DNA from: an uncultured archaeon
Lineage (GTDB): Archaea > Asgardarchaeota > Lokiarchaeia > Sigyniarchaeales > SOKP01
Length of the DNA stretch: 13,913 nucleotides
Direction: 5' to 3'
Assembly: GCA_964632315.1 (NCBI GenBank)
Contig: CAZWEM010000003.1
Span: 1 to 13,913 of the forward strand
The notes below the pieces were generated by a model. The model was not told where the DNA came from and searched no databases. It saw only the letters and a program-made list of their open reading frames with translations. The number at the start of each line of letters is the position of its first letter. Positions within the stretch are counted from its first letter, which is position 1. Shown here piece by piece: positions 1-10,093 of the stretch. Made by a program: the position numbers and the translations under genes.

Positions 1-878
1 CAAAAATAACGTGCCATTTATGGTTTGATAAAGAAGCTAAAGAAGCTGCTGAGTTTTATACATCTCTTTTTCAAGACTCTGATAAGAAGGGCTCGACAGA
101 GCTTCACGGTACTCCTTCTGGTGATGTTGACATGATAACTATTGAACTATTTGGTCAAGAATTCAGCCTCATCAATGCAGGACCCTTATTTAAATTTAAC
201 CCTTCAATCTCTTTCATAATTAGTTATACGAACAAGGATGAAATTGATCTTGCATGGAAAAAATTGCTTGAAGGTGGAGAAGTTCTCATGGAACTTGGAG
301 AATATCCATTTAGTGAGAAATATGGATGGGTGAAGGATAGGTGGGGAGTATCTTGGCAATTAATATTCTATTCTACAGGAGAAATGACGCAGAGGATTAT
401 ACCTACTTTAATGTTTGTCGGAGATAATAATGGAAAAGCAGAAGAGGCAATCAATTTTTATACATCAATCTTTCATGATGCTTTTATTGGAAATATTTAT
501 CGATATGGAGAGGAGGATCCTGAAGAAGAAGGAAATATAATGCACGCTACTTTTACTTTGGAAGGATTAAAGTTTGCAACAATGGATAGCGCTCGTGAAC
601 ACGATTTTACTTTCAATGAAGCCATATCTTTTATAGTACATTGCAAAAATCAAGAGGAGGTAGATTACTATTGGGATAAGCTCTCAGCAGTTCCTGAAGC
701 AGAACAATGTGGATGGTTAAAAGACAAATTTGGGGTTTCGTGGCAAATCGTGCCTACTGCCATGGAAGAAATGCTAAGCACCAAGGATAAGGACAAATTA
801 ACTCGCGTAACCAAAGCATTCCTTATAATGAAAAAGTTTGATATTGCGACATTGGAAGAAGCATATTTAGGGGTGTGA
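1..878 (+). CDS. VOC superfamily protein with two tandem PhnB / 3-demethylubiquinone-9 3-methyltransferase-like domains; 5' end lies outside the window
   Basis: The frame is open from position 3 (KITCHLWFDKEAKEAAEFYTSLF...) into the listed ORF 132..878. Duplicated motifs are P.L(W/M)F...A.EA..FYTS.F and GW(V/L)KD(R/K)(W/F)GVSWQ. Confidence 0.9.
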   Translation, partial: KITCHLWFDKEAKEAAEFYTSLFQDSDKKGSTELHGTPSGDVDMITIELFGQEFSLINAGPLFKFNPSISFIISYTNKDEIDLAWKKLLEGGEVLMELGEYPFSEKYGWVKDRWGVSWQLIFYSTGEMTQRIIPTLMFVGDNNGKAEEAINFYTSIFHDAFIGNIYRYGEEDPEEEGNIMHATFTLEGLKFATMDSAREHDFTFNEAISFIVHCKNQEEVDYYWDKLSAVPEAEQCGWLKDKFGVSWQIVPTAMEEMLSTKDKDKLTRVTKAFLIMKKFDIATLEEAYLGV

Positions 879-879
879 T

Positions 880-1440
880 ATGAGAAAAATTATCGCTACT
901 GAATTCTATTCTTTAGATGGTTTGATGTCTGATCCAAATGATACAATGGATTGGGTCAGAAATTCATTCGACCCGGAGCTTGGAAAATACGAGGGTGAGT
1001 TATACGACAAATCAGACACTCTGCTATTAGGCAGAGTTACCTTTAAAATTTTTGAGAATTATTGGCCAACAGATGAAATTGATCCCGATGATGTTGAAAT
1101 GGCTAGAAAAATAAACAGCATGACAAAAATTGTCTTTTCTAAATCCCTAAAGTCGGTTGATTGGAATAACTCAAAATTGTTAAATAAGATTGATCCCAAA
1201 GAAATTTCTCGACTGAAACAATCTCAGGGGAAGAACCTATTAATTGTTGGGAGCGCTAGCATAGTTCAACAGTTGACAAACCTTGAATTGATTGATGAAT
1301 ATCATTTTGTATTCTTTCCAATCATATTAGGTGCCGGAAAAACTTTGTTTAAAAATATCGAACATCAAATTAAGTTAAAACTTTTAAAAACTGTAGTCTT
1401 TCAGAATGGAGCAGTATTAGCTTACTATCAAAAAGGTTAA
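880..1440 (+). CDS. Dihydrofolate reductase family (RibD C-terminal domain) protein
   Basis: Motifs SLDG, LLLGRVTF, KIVFSKSL, GSASIVQQL...LIDEYHF..FP.ILGAGK.LF. It starts 1 nt after the upstream stop, suggesting an operon. Confidence 0.9.
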   Translation: MRKIIATEFYSLDGLMSDPNDTMDWVRNSFDPELGKYEGELYDKSDTLLLGRVTFKIFENYWPTDEIDPDDVEMARKINSMTKIVFSKSLKSVDWNNSKLLNKIDPKEISRLKQSQGKNLLIVGSASIVQQLTNLELIDEYHFVFFPIILGAGKTLFKNIEHQIKLKLLKTVVFQNGAVLAYYQKG

Positions 1441-1553
1441 TATGAGTTAATTAAACGATAGACGATTTGGCATTAGATGAGTTATATCCGTTAATTCATA
1501 CCTGTTGCATTATTTTGTAGATTTGCCCTGAGTAGCGAAATAAGCTGTATTAG

Positions 1554-2363
1554 ATGAATGAAAAGTATTTATATCTGAATACCAATTTATCTAGTATGGA
1601 TAAAAATCTAAATGAAAGCGAATTCAGTAAATTTACTAGCTTTTCTCAATCCTTAGGAAAAATTTTGGGTCAGATTGGGGCTTATACTATAATTCAAATC
1701 ATCGCCGCAATATTTTTAGGGATAATTTCTGTTGGGATGATTTTCTCCATAATTGGAGTGACATCTATGTCAGAGATTTTCAATATTTTCCAAACAACAT
1801 TATGGACTATCCTAATAACTTCGATTATACTTGAAGTTATCATGTATTACTTTCTAATTAGACTTATTATTGTTTTGAAAGATGCAGAAAAACAAGGATT
1901 ACCATATCAAGACAAGTACCATAAGAGTGCTCTCTTCTTTGGTGCTGGAATTATTATTGGGATCGTTTTAATGATTGTAGCAATCATTCTAATGAGTTAT
2001 ATTTTACAAATTGTTCACAACATTTTTTACGATTCATCGTTTGATATAGAAGATTTAGAACAAGTTCCTTCGACTGATATCATTTCAACACTTGTTGAAG
2101 TAGGGCGTACAATTCTATCTATTGCAGGATTCTATTATCTACAACAAAATTTCGAATTATTAAAAAATTATACGCAGACTGGTGAGAAGATCGTTAAGGG
2201 TTTTCGATACGTTGTTATCGGATTTTCTCTCATGATTCTGGGCAATCTTTTAGGATTAGTGGTAGATTTAGCAAGTTTTTTAGGACTGATTGGTCTGATT
2301 ATAACCATTATAGGATATTTCCAAGCATCAGATGGATTGAAAAAGGCGATTTGGACTTTATGA
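1554..2363 (+). CDS. Hypothetical polytopic membrane protein (about 6 TM helices)
   Basis: 269-aa ORF with several long hydrophobic segments and no recognisable catalytic motif. The start may be the downstream Met (MDKNL). Confidence 0.75.
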   Translation: MNEKYLYLNTNLSSMDKNLNESEFSKFTSFSQSLGKILGQIGAYTIIQIIAAIFLGIISVGMIFSIIGVTSMSEIFNIFQTTLWTILITSIILEVIMYYFLIRLIIVLKDAEKQGLPYQDKYHKSALFFGAGIIIGIVLMIVAIILMSYILQIVHNIFYDSSFDIEDLEQVPSTDIISTLVEVGRTILSIAGFYYLQQNFELLKNYTQTGEKIVKGFRYVVIGFSLMILGNLLGLVVDLASFLGLIGLIITIIGYFQASDGLKKAIWTL

Positions 2364-2473
2364 GCGTCTAGAGAAAGGAATGATTGATAAAGCTGTGAAT
2401 CAGTAAAGAAGTATGGAGATTCAATAAAATGTAAGTAAGATTATTGCAACATTAAATGTTACTATGGATGAAT

Positions 2474-3157
2474 TTACTCCTTTTTCTTTTGGATGTGAAT
2501 ATTAAAGTAAGCAGTGCCCAGTTTGTTCATTAAGCGAACCCATAAGATAAGATATGCTTCCATTCCTCTTGCAGCACTTAAGTCTCCTAAATCAATAATA
2601 TTTTTCCAATGAAATCTTTTTTCTAAAATTTCATTTTTTATCATACTTTTCGCATTTTCATCATTCCCGCAGATAAAGAGATCATGCTCGCCGTCGATCC
2701 CTCTTGGATTGATCATGACTTCTGCGTTTATCATATTTAATGTCTTTACAACTTTAACATCCGGAAATGTTTTTTGGATTTCTTCTCCTAATGAATTCGT
2801 ATTAGCAATAGTTAATGAGGGAGGCGTCCCTTTAGAAAAATCCAAGGGGTTTGCCAAGTCCAAGAGAATTTTATCTCGTAGATTAGATTTACCAGCTTTG
2901 GTCAAGGCTTCAATTGAATGAGCCCCCGAGGTACAATTTATCACTAAATCTCCGAAGGCAGCTGCTTCAGCAAAACTTCCTGCGTGCGCATTTAAACCTT
3001 TATTTTTTTGCTGGATTTGCCATTCTTTTGCTGAGGGAAAATTCCTCTTCTCTTTAGTGATATCTCTCGAACTTATCATCACCTCATCCCCTTCCTCTAA
3101 TAATTTTGGTCCAATTATCTGAGCAACCATTCCAGATCCAAGAATACCAATCTTCAT
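2474..3157 (-). CDS. NADPH-dependent F420 reductase / F420_oxidored family dinucleotide-binding oxidoreductase
   Basis: N-terminal Rossmann motif MKIGILGSGMVA, plus DLANPL, VVKTLN, FICGND..AK and IDLGDL..ARGME. Confidence 0.88.
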   Translation of the reverse strand: MKIGILGSGMVAQIIGPKLLEEGDEVMISSRDITKEKRNFPSAKEWQIQQKNKGLNAHAGSFAEAAAFGDLVINCTSGAHSIEALTKAGKSNLRDKILLDLANPLDFSKGTPPSLTIANTNSLGEEIQKTFPDVKVVKTLNMINAEVMINPRGIDGEHDLFICGNDENAKSMIKNEILEKRFHWKNIIDLGDLSAARGMEAYLILWVRLMNKLGTAYFNIHIQKKKE

Positions 3158-3348
3158 ATTTATTTCATTTTATCTATATGTGATTTGTCCATTATAAAAA
3201 AAATAGACTCACTCCTATTGCTTCTTATTTCATATTTAAAAATTAGTGTTTCAAATTATTATTGTAATATTGAGATTTTTTAAACATAACGATGATGTTA
3301 TATCGTTTATATAGCTTATATTTACATAGTTGAATTAAGTTAAGTATA

Positions 3349-3537
3349 ATGGTGACCAAAATTCGAAGAAAAAATCATTCCAAATTGAAAAAGAAAAAAC
3401 GGAGTGTACTCAATAAAAGTGAGAAAACGAGTCATTTGTTAAGGAAGATAATTCTCGAAAAACACTATAAAAAAGATCCTAAAGAGGATCCAATTAATTT
3501 GTTTATTAACAAGGCTTCTGCTCAAAGAACCAGCTAA
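3349..3537 (+). CDS. Small, highly basic hypothetical protein (62 aa)
   Basis: ATG-initiated Lys/Arg-rich ORF in an otherwise empty gap of about 600 nt. There is a TATA-like tttatata about 40 nt upstream and T-rich terminator-like runs just downstream. Confidence 0.45.
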   Translation: MVTKIRRKNHSKLKKKKRSVLNKSEKTSHLLRKIILEKHYKKDPKEDPINLFINKASAQRTS

Positions 3538-3763
3538 TAATCACTCATTTTTTCTTGTCACTGTTTTTTCTGTTTTTACTGTTTCTCTTGTCAGTGGCTG
3601 AATTCTTGAGAAAAGTCGTTCTAAATCAAAAATAATGCATACTCCTAAATTGAGAATGCTTATGACTATTTTAAATTTTAAACTAATGTATATAATTTTA
3701 ATGTAAAAGATTTAAAGGTCTATTGATAAGTTCTTTATTCAGATAGATTTTTAGGTGGTATTA

Positions 3764-4621
3764 ATGAAAATTGGATTTATCGGTTTAGGTTATATGGGAA
3801 GTCGAATGGCAATGAACATTCTCAAGAATCAATATGAACTTATAGTGTATAACAGAACGAAAGAAAAAGCACATCAACTCGTGCAAAATGGGGCTAAATT
3901 AGCAAATAGTCCTTCTAATTTAGCAAGAGAGGTCGATATTTTGTTCAGCATGCTTGCGAATCCCGAAGCTGTGGAACAATTGGCGTTAGGCAAAGATGGA
4001 TTTCTTAATTCATTGAAAAAAGGATCTATCTGGGTTGATTGTAGTACAGTAAATCCTTCATTTTCAGTGAGAATGGCAAAATTATCCAATGAGAAAGAAA
4101 TTAATTTTTTAGACGCTCCTGTAGCAGGGAGCATCATACCTGCGGAGAAAGGGGAATTAGTTTTTTTGGTGGGTGGAGATGAAGTTATTCTTGATCAATG
4201 CAAACCTATAATAGAACACATGGCTTCGAAGATCTTATATCTTGGGTCGAACGGGAAGGGTACCTCCATGAAAATGGTCATCAATACCTTATTAGCATTT
4301 GGAATGGTGGGATTTTCGGAGGCAATGAGTTTAGGAAAATCTTTAGAAATAGATTCCAATAAATTGATGGATGTGTTATTATCCTCGGCAGTATGCCCAC
4401 CCTTCCTATCATATAAAAGAGAAATCATTACTAAGGGAGAGTATGATAAAACTCAGTTTCCATTAAAATGGATGCGTAAAGATCTTGTATTAGCTACTAA
4501 ATCTGCGTATGAAACAAAAATTGCAATGCCAGTTGCTAATCTCATAAAAGAGATGTTTGCACTCGCATCTGAAAAAGGCTACGCTGAAAAGGACTTCTCA
4601 GCAATCTATGACTTATATTAA
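3764..4621 (+). CDS. NAD(P)-dependent oxidoreductase, 3-hydroxyisobutyrate dehydrogenase / 6PGDH-like family
   Basis: Motifs MKIGFIGLGYMG..MA, DCSTV, FLDAPVAG, catalytic Lys in MKMVIN, and KDL.LA. ATG 3764 is preferred over GTG 3755 because an AGGTGG SD-like sequence precedes it. Confidence 0.92.
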   Translation: MKIGFIGLGYMGSRMAMNILKNQYELIVYNRTKEKAHQLVQNGAKLANSPSNLAREVDILFSMLANPEAVEQLALGKDGFLNSLKKGSIWVDCSTVNPSFSVRMAKLSNEKEINFLDAPVAGSIIPAEKGELVFLVGGDEVILDQCKPIIEHMASKILYLGSNGKGTSMKMVINTLLAFGMVGFSEAMSLGKSLEIDSNKLMDVLLSSAVCPPFLSYKREIITKGEYDKTQFPLKWMRKDLVLATKSAYETKIAMPVANLIKEMFALASEKGYAEKDFSAIYDLY

Positions 4622-4685
4622 CTAAATTTTGATAATATTAAAGAGTAGAATATTGTATAAACCAAAACTAAAAAGGTAAAAACTC

Positions 4686-5720
4686 ATGAAAGCGGCTATT
4701 TTTCTAGGAAAAGGAAAGATTGAGGTTCAAGATGTGCCAGATCCTGCCATACAAAATCCAGGTGATGCAATTGTCAAAGTAACATATACTTGTATCTGCG
4801 GGTCTGATCTGTGGTGGTATCGTGGCCTATTACCGCGAGAGAATGGCCCTATCGGCCATGAGTTTATGGGCATCGTGGAAGAGATAGGAGAGGGCGTCAA
4901 GAACGTGAATGTAGGAGATTTAGTGGTTGCACCATTCCTAATCTCGGATGGCACGTGTCCTGAATGCCAAGTTGGCATAACCTCCTCCTGCCGGAATGTA
5001 CAACGGTGGGGATCTGAAGGAAATGATGCGGGACAGGGCGAGAAGGTGCGCGTGCCATTAGCTGATGGTACTTTATTTGTGATCCCTCGGAATGACAAAA
5101 CTGGACAGATTATGCCTGCACTGCTACCACTTTCTGATGTGCTTTGTACCGGGCACCATGCAGCTATTTGTGCGGAAGTTGGGAACGGGTCAACCGTTTT
5201 AGTTATCGGAGATGGAGCAGTTGGGTTGTGCGCTGTTGCGGCGAGCAAGCGTTTGGGCGCCTCACGAATATTTTTAGGAAGCACTCATCCGGATCGTGCA
5301 GAAGTAGGCAAGAAATTCGGCGCAACCGATGTGATTGAAGCAAGGGGAGAAGAAGCCATCCAGCAAGTAAAAGTCAAGACCGATAATCTAGGTGTTGATT
5401 GTGTACTCGAATGTGTAGGCACGGCTGAATCGTGGGAAACAGCTTTTGGGGCTGTTCGAGATGGTGGTAACATTGGTGCCGTCGGGTTACCTTATGAAAT
5501 ACCCGATATTCCAATCTCCAAGATATTTTGGCGCAACATCGGCATTAAAGGTGGGCCTGCACCGGCCGCTCATTACATTCCCGAATTAATGCCAGATGTT
5601 ATTTCTGGAAAACTGAATGTCTCTGCTGTATTCACCATGACTGTTTCTCTCTCAGATATAGCTAAAGGTTATGAAGCCATGGATCAACGTAGAGCAATTA
5701 AAGTATTAGTAAGACCTTAG
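4686..5720 (+). CDS. Zinc-dependent alcohol dehydrogenase (MDR superfamily, formaldehyde dehydrogenase-like)
   Basis: Motifs CICGSD, GHE, structural Zn site D-x2-C-x2-C-x7-C, LSDV third ligand and GDGAVG nucleotide-binding motif. Confidence 0.93.
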   Translation: MKAAIFLGKGKIEVQDVPDPAIQNPGDAIVKVTYTCICGSDLWWYRGLLPRENGPIGHEFMGIVEEIGEGVKNVNVGDLVVAPFLISDGTCPECQVGITSSCRNVQRWGSEGNDAGQGEKVRVPLADGTLFVIPRNDKTGQIMPALLPLSDVLCTGHHAAICAEVGNGSTVLVIGDGAVGLCAVAASKRLGASRIFLGSTHPDRAEVGKKFGATDVIEARGEEAIQQVKVKTDNLGVDCVLECVGTAESWETAFGAVRDGGNIGAVGLPYEIPDIPISKIFWRNIGIKGGPAPAAHYIPELMPDVISGKLNVSAVFTMTVSLSDIAKGYEAMDQRRAIKVLVRP

Positions 5721-5850
5721 AAGAGAAACAAGATTTTTAATTAAAAGTAAATTTTGAACTGAAAATAGTGTTTATTATGGAGAAACGATGATCTTCAGAT
5801 ATAGTTCTCATCCAAATTAGACCAATTATAGAGCCATAATTCGTTTAAAT

Positions 5851-6393
5851 TCAAAATTCAGTTTTGAATTTCTTATTAACATCATCTAATAAATTTTCAT
5901 AAAAATCTTTCTCAATCCATAATCCATTTTCAATCATAGTATTGAGAACATGCTTAAAATCATCGTAAGATGAGATTAATTTTTTAGAGACCACATCTAT
6001 TAGAACTTCAGTAATCCATTTTGTAGAAATTCCTAATTCGGTTGCAATCTCTCGCGCTTTCCTATCGTTAATTAATAATAGATCTGCATTGAGTTCCTTA
6101 CTTAATGCAATAGCGTATGACTCCCCTAACCCTAAATCTAAAGAAAGTTTTAACGCTAATTCTTTCGATTCTTCTGTCTCCGGATTTTTAACAATTAACC
6201 ATCCTTCTGCTTTCGCATCTAATTCTAAACGAATATCTTCTGGAATACTTGCAAGGTTTTGACTTATCGGGTATATTAATTCCTCCCACACTTCTGTAGG
6301 TAAATAAATAACAGAATAAAGATCTTTTAGAAGTCTTAACTTGTTTATCTTACCAAAAAAGATGATTGGAGCAGTAACTGATATGACGATCAT
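5851..6393 (-). CDS. PIN-domain (DUF3368-like) putative type II toxin
   Basis: Motifs IYLPTEVWEE, LGLGESYAIALS.E..ADLLLINDRKAR..A..LG. It lies 12 nt downstream of a UPF0175-like gene. Confidence 0.85.
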   Translation of the reverse strand: MIVISVTAPIIFFGKINKLRLLKDLYSVIYLPTEVWEELIYPISQNLASIPEDIRLELDAKAEGWLIVKNPETEESKELALKLSLDLGLGESYAIALSKELNADLLLINDRKAREIATELGISTKWITEVLIDVVSKKLISSYDDFKHVLNTMIENGLWIEKDFYENLLDDVNKKFKTEF

Positions 6394-6405
6394 CTAAAAC
6401 CTACT

Positions 6406-6627
6406 TTAGTGATGAATAGGAATTCTCGCTTTTGCTCGAATAATATCGAATTCACGATAGGGTAAGCGTGCAATTTCTGCAGCTCTACCTATAGATATAG
6501 TTCCTCTCATGTAAAGTTCTAAAGCGTCTTTCACTTTTTTAGAGAGAGTGTTAAAATATTCCCAATCAATAGGTTTTATTAAATTTTGCTCATCAAACCA
6601 ATAATTCTTTTTAACTTCTTGAACCAT
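6406..6627 (-). CDS. UPF0175-like HTH putative antitoxin
   Basis: The C-terminal motif ALELY..G.ISIGRAAEIA.L...EF is typical of UPF0175, and the gene is paired with the PIN gene. Confidence 0.82.
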   Translation of the reverse strand: MVQEVKKNYWFDEQNLIKPIDWEYFNTLSKKVKDALELYMRGTISIGRAAEIARLPYREFDIIRAKARIPIHH

Positions 6628-6913
6628 GATGCCATCTCATTCCTTTCAATTAAATATAGTAAATTTTCATATATATTTCTATTGAATTTCTAAGAGGATA
6701 ATGAATATCATAGACCTAAACCGTATAAATGTCTTTAAAAATTAGGAGAAGAAGTGTGGGATATTATAAAAAGCAAATGCTCTTAATTATTTTTGGATTA
6801 CTAAAGTTTAGGCATATTTTGGCGAATCTTTCGAAATATGAATTGTAATATCTTATAATTCTTCTATAGTATCGTTAGCTATCTCAAAAAGATTTGAGAA
6901 GAGAAAATAGTTA

Positions 6914-8011
6914 TTATTCCATGTTGGATTGTTTTGGAAATATGCTAGAAGTGAAGTCCGCAATTTTAGCAATAGCATCTTTTGATTCAGGTAGATCATC
7001 AGATAAATCCTGAAACACGTGAGTCATCTCATCCCATGATTGTAAAATGGCTTCTGTTCCTGCCTTCTTAGCTTTTTCAACAAATCGAGTTGAATCACTA
7101 TATAACATTTCGCTTGAGCTAACTTGTATTAATATTGGAGGTAACCCCTTCAAATCCCCAAATAATGGTGATATGTACGGATTGCGAGGGTTTTCATCTC
7201 CAAGATAAGCCACATACCACCAAAAAAAGCCCACATCGGCTAACGCAGGATCCGTTTCAGCATTTTTAAAGTAAGAATCATCGGAAAAAGTAAAATCAGT
7301 AGCAGGTGATAAACATATCGCTCCTGCGGGTAGATCAATTTTATCATCTCGTAACTTTAATAATGTTGCAAGCGTTAAGTTTCCACCAGCAGAATCTCCC
7401 GCTACTATTATGTCCTTGCTAATATATCCATTTGATAATAACCACTTGTAAGCATTAACACAATCGTCTAAAGGAGTAGGAAAAGGATATTCCGGTGAAA
7501 GTCGATAATCTATGCTAAGAATTTTTATTCTCGTAGCTTCAGCTATTTTAGAGGTTAATTTTCGGCAAGTCAAAGGGGATCCAAATATCCAACCTCCCCC
7601 ATGGATGTATAAAATCACCCGGTCTTGAAGTGGTTCTGAAGGGATGACCCATTCAGCTTCAATTTCATTTAAAGATTCAGATCTGATTTCAATTTCCTTC
7701 GGAATAGGATTTTTCTCTAATTCTTCAGCTGAAGTATGTTCTATCATGTAGCGTAGTATATTCTTCACGTAATTCCTTTCTTCAGCGGTTAATCTATCGT
7801 TGAGTTCGACCATATCAACCCGCTCTTTAAAGAATAGTTCATTCAGATCCAAAACTTTCTTATAGATTTTGGGAAAGTTAAATTGCCTATTTTCTTCGAG
7901 CCCGGCAAATTGAAGCAAATATTTCATTATACTTTTAAAATTATCGTCATTGAGCTTCAAGATGTCTGGTCGAATTTTTTCTCGATCCAAAATTGTCATA
8001 ATCTTCACCAA
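6914..8011 (-). CDS. Alpha/beta hydrolase, hormone-sensitive lipase (HSL, Abhydrolase_3) family esterase
   Basis: HGGG oxyanion motif, DYRLSPEYPFP, GDSAGG nucleophile, E and H (MTHVF) triad residues. The true start may be ATG at 7999, which follows a GGTGA SD-like sequence. Confidence 0.93.
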   Translation of the reverse strand: MVKIMTILDREKIRPDILKLNDDNFKSIMKYLLQFAGLEENRQFNFPKIYKKVLDLNELFFKERVDMVELNDRLTAEERNYVKNILRYMIEHTSAEELEKNPIPKEIEIRSESLNEIEAEWVIPSEPLQDRVILYIHGGGWIFGSPLTCRKLTSKIAEATRIKILSIDYRLSPEYPFPTPLDDCVNAYKWLLSNGYISKDIIVAGDSAGGNLTLATLLKLRDDKIDLPAGAICLSPATDFTFSDDSYFKNAETDPALADVGFFWWYVAYLGDENPRNPYISPLFGDLKGLPPILIQVSSSEMLYSDSTRFVEKAKKAGTEAILQSWDEMTHVFQDLSDDLPESKDAIAKIADFTSSIFPKQSNME

Positions 8012-8077
8012 TTTTAATTGTTATTCAAGTATCTTTAATGTATAAAATCATTTTAAAATTTATTTATCAAAAATGAT

Positions 8078-8875
8078 TTGAACCATGAATTATTAGAAAT
8101 TTTTGATAAACACTCAAAAAGAGATTCAGTTGAATCTCGATTTAAAGGAACCATGACTTCAGTTTTTCTTAAAGGAAAAGAACACAAGATCAGGCATAAG
8201 CTCTTAGACCTTTCTGGAAAAAATATCTCAAGTATAAAAGATATTAAGGGCCTTGAAAAGGTAAAAGAACTGGAGATCTTAAATTTAAGTTTCAATAGCA
8301 TCAGAGAAATAGACCGGCTTGAAAACTTAGCACGATTAAAAGTCCTTCTTTTGTATAATAATAAGATTTCTCAAATTAAAGGATTGAACTCTCAATCAAG
8401 GTTAGAAGTTTTAAACCTATATGAGAATGAGATTATTGATATCGAAAATCTAGATGCATTACAACAACTTAAAGAATTATATCTGGGCTGTAATAAAATA
8501 TCGGAAATAAAAGGATTAGAATGTCTTACTAATTTAAAATATCTAAACCTTGAAAAAAATCAGATTAGAGAGATAAAAGGATTGACTTCATTAAGGAAAT
8601 TGATTTTATTGGCATTAAAATGGAATAAGATTAGTAAAATTAGTGGATTGAATAACCAACATGAGCTGATGAGGTTAGAACTCTCATATAATTCCATCAC
8701 TGACATTCAGGGATTAGAAAATCTCAATAACTTAATAAATTTAGACCTTCGACATAATCCAGTTGCAAATAAAGTCATCAAAACTGATCCAAATAATAAT
8801 TATAAAGTTTTAGTTAGGGATCTCGAAGCGAAAGAACTCGTAAGTTATTGCAGAGAATTACTGAAAAAAAAATAA
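8078..8875 (+). CDS. Leucine-rich repeat protein (SDS22/internalin-like 22-aa repeats)
   Basis: About 9 repeats of LxxLxLxxNxIxxIxGLxxL, ending in LDLRHNP. The start codon is uncertain (TTG). Confidence 0.9.
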   Translation: MNHELLEIFDKHSKRDSVESRFKGTMTSVFLKGKEHKIRHKLLDLSGKNISSIKDIKGLEKVKELEILNLSFNSIREIDRLENLARLKVLLLYNNKISQIKGLNSQSRLEVLNLYENEIIDIENLDALQQLKELYLGCNKISEIKGLECLTNLKYLNLEKNQIREIKGLTSLRKLILLALKWNKISKISGLNNQHELMRLELSYNSITDIQGLENLNNLINLDLRHNPVANKVIKTDPNNNYKVLVRDLEAKELVSYCRELLKKK

Positions 8876-8940
8876 ATTTATATTTATTAATTTGAGACTA
8901 AATAAGTTAATGATTGGTATTTTGGTAGTAGGAATGATCT

Positions 8941-9849
8941 TTAGGAGAAATAGAACCAATTCCCTTCATGCTGGCTCGATTTGATTTTATCTTCAAAAGT
9001 GAGCCTGTTAAGAATCCCTTCGATGTTCTTCTCTAACATTTTCACCACATCAGGTTCTTCTAATGATTCGGTTAATCGTTTCAATAAACTTTTTAAAGTA
9101 AAAGCTTTTCCAGGTTGTGAAGATAAGAAGTTAACTAATTGTTCTTCCACTTCACCCATTAAATGAAGCCTTTTATTTGATTCTGCTTTCGCAATTATAC
9201 TTTTTACTGAAGTTAAATCCTCCATTAAATCCCATTCAGAACCATATGGATTGCATCTAAACCCTCGTTCAATCCAATTTAAAGCAAGTTGAAAATCTTC
9301 AGCCGTAATTGCCCCTTGAGCTTTATGAAGATATATGGAGGTAAGTTCAAAGCGCAATTTACAAATGTCACCATAGAATGATTTTTTACGAGATTGAAAC
9401 TCATTTTCAGTTTCAAATTCACTTAGAAAATTTATTTCTCCTTTAAAAACAGCATCCACTGTAATGTTCCCATTTTTCGCCAGCTTGATTTGCTTCCAAG
9501 GAACATAATGCGAACTGGGGGGAAGTCTTTTGAATTGATTCTTACGCTTATTTAATTCGAAAGTGGGTAAATTCAACGCAATTCCTTCAGATGTGATCAA
9601 CACATCTGTGAAATATTTGCCTTGAAAAGTGTTCATTTCTCGACTCATCAAGTGGGAAATCCCGACACCTGGAAGACCACCAAATGCTAAACTCGACTTA
9701 TTTCCCATCAGTAGTTCTTCTGGACGTTTCTGGATTTTATATCGGATTTGCATGTTCGTGCTATAAAGGACTTCCTCTTGTTGAGGTATTATTTTATCCA
9801 AGTCTTCACGATCAATAGGTACGTAAAGTTTTTTTGAATTGGGTAGCAT
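8941..9849 (-). CDS. Hypothetical protein: possible PH-like N-terminal domain, TPR-like helical pair, C-terminal winged helix
   Basis: 302-aa ORF. The domain guesses rest on sequence pattern only: TDVLITSEGIA...VPWKQI; AITAEDFQLALNWIERG; LVNFL...PGKAFTLKSL...ILNRL...KIKS...WFYFS. Confidence 0.7.
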   Translation of the reverse strand: MLPNSKKLYVPIDREDLDKIIPQQEEVLYSTNMQIRYKIQKRPEELLMGNKSSLAFGGLPGVGISHLMSREMNTFQGKYFTDVLITSEGIALNLPTFELNKRKNQFKRLPPSSHYVPWKQIKLAKNGNITVDAVFKGEINFLSEFETENEFQSRKKSFYGDICKLRFELTSIYLHKAQGAITAEDFQLALNWIERGFRCNPYGSEWDLMEDLTSVKSIIAKAESNKRLHLMGEVEEQLVNFLSSQPGKAFTLKSLLKRLTESLEEPDVVKMLEKNIEGILNRLTFEDKIKSSQHEGNWFYFS

Positions 9850-10093
9850 AATTACTTTCTTCCTGAATAATGTCTATAACTTTATATATTTCAAAATGCT
9901 ATTTAAAACCTTTGTCTTTTAATTCTACATGAAACCTGCAGATGTCTAGGAGATATGTTATTCACGAAATTCCTTCCCATCAGAGAAAGAGATTATATGA
10001 GATATGTGGATTTTAAGTCTTCAATTAATATACCATAACCATTATCACGTAAATTTATTAGTTTTTCCGATTCAATATAGTAGTAACTAGGAA

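Noticed and set aside
2709-9166. Short overlapping ORFs 2709..2921, 3874..4137, 4195..4428, 4727..5284, 5144..5338, 5285..5473, 8053..8301 and 8981..9166
   Set aside because: They are antisense or alternative-frame shadows of well-supported genes.
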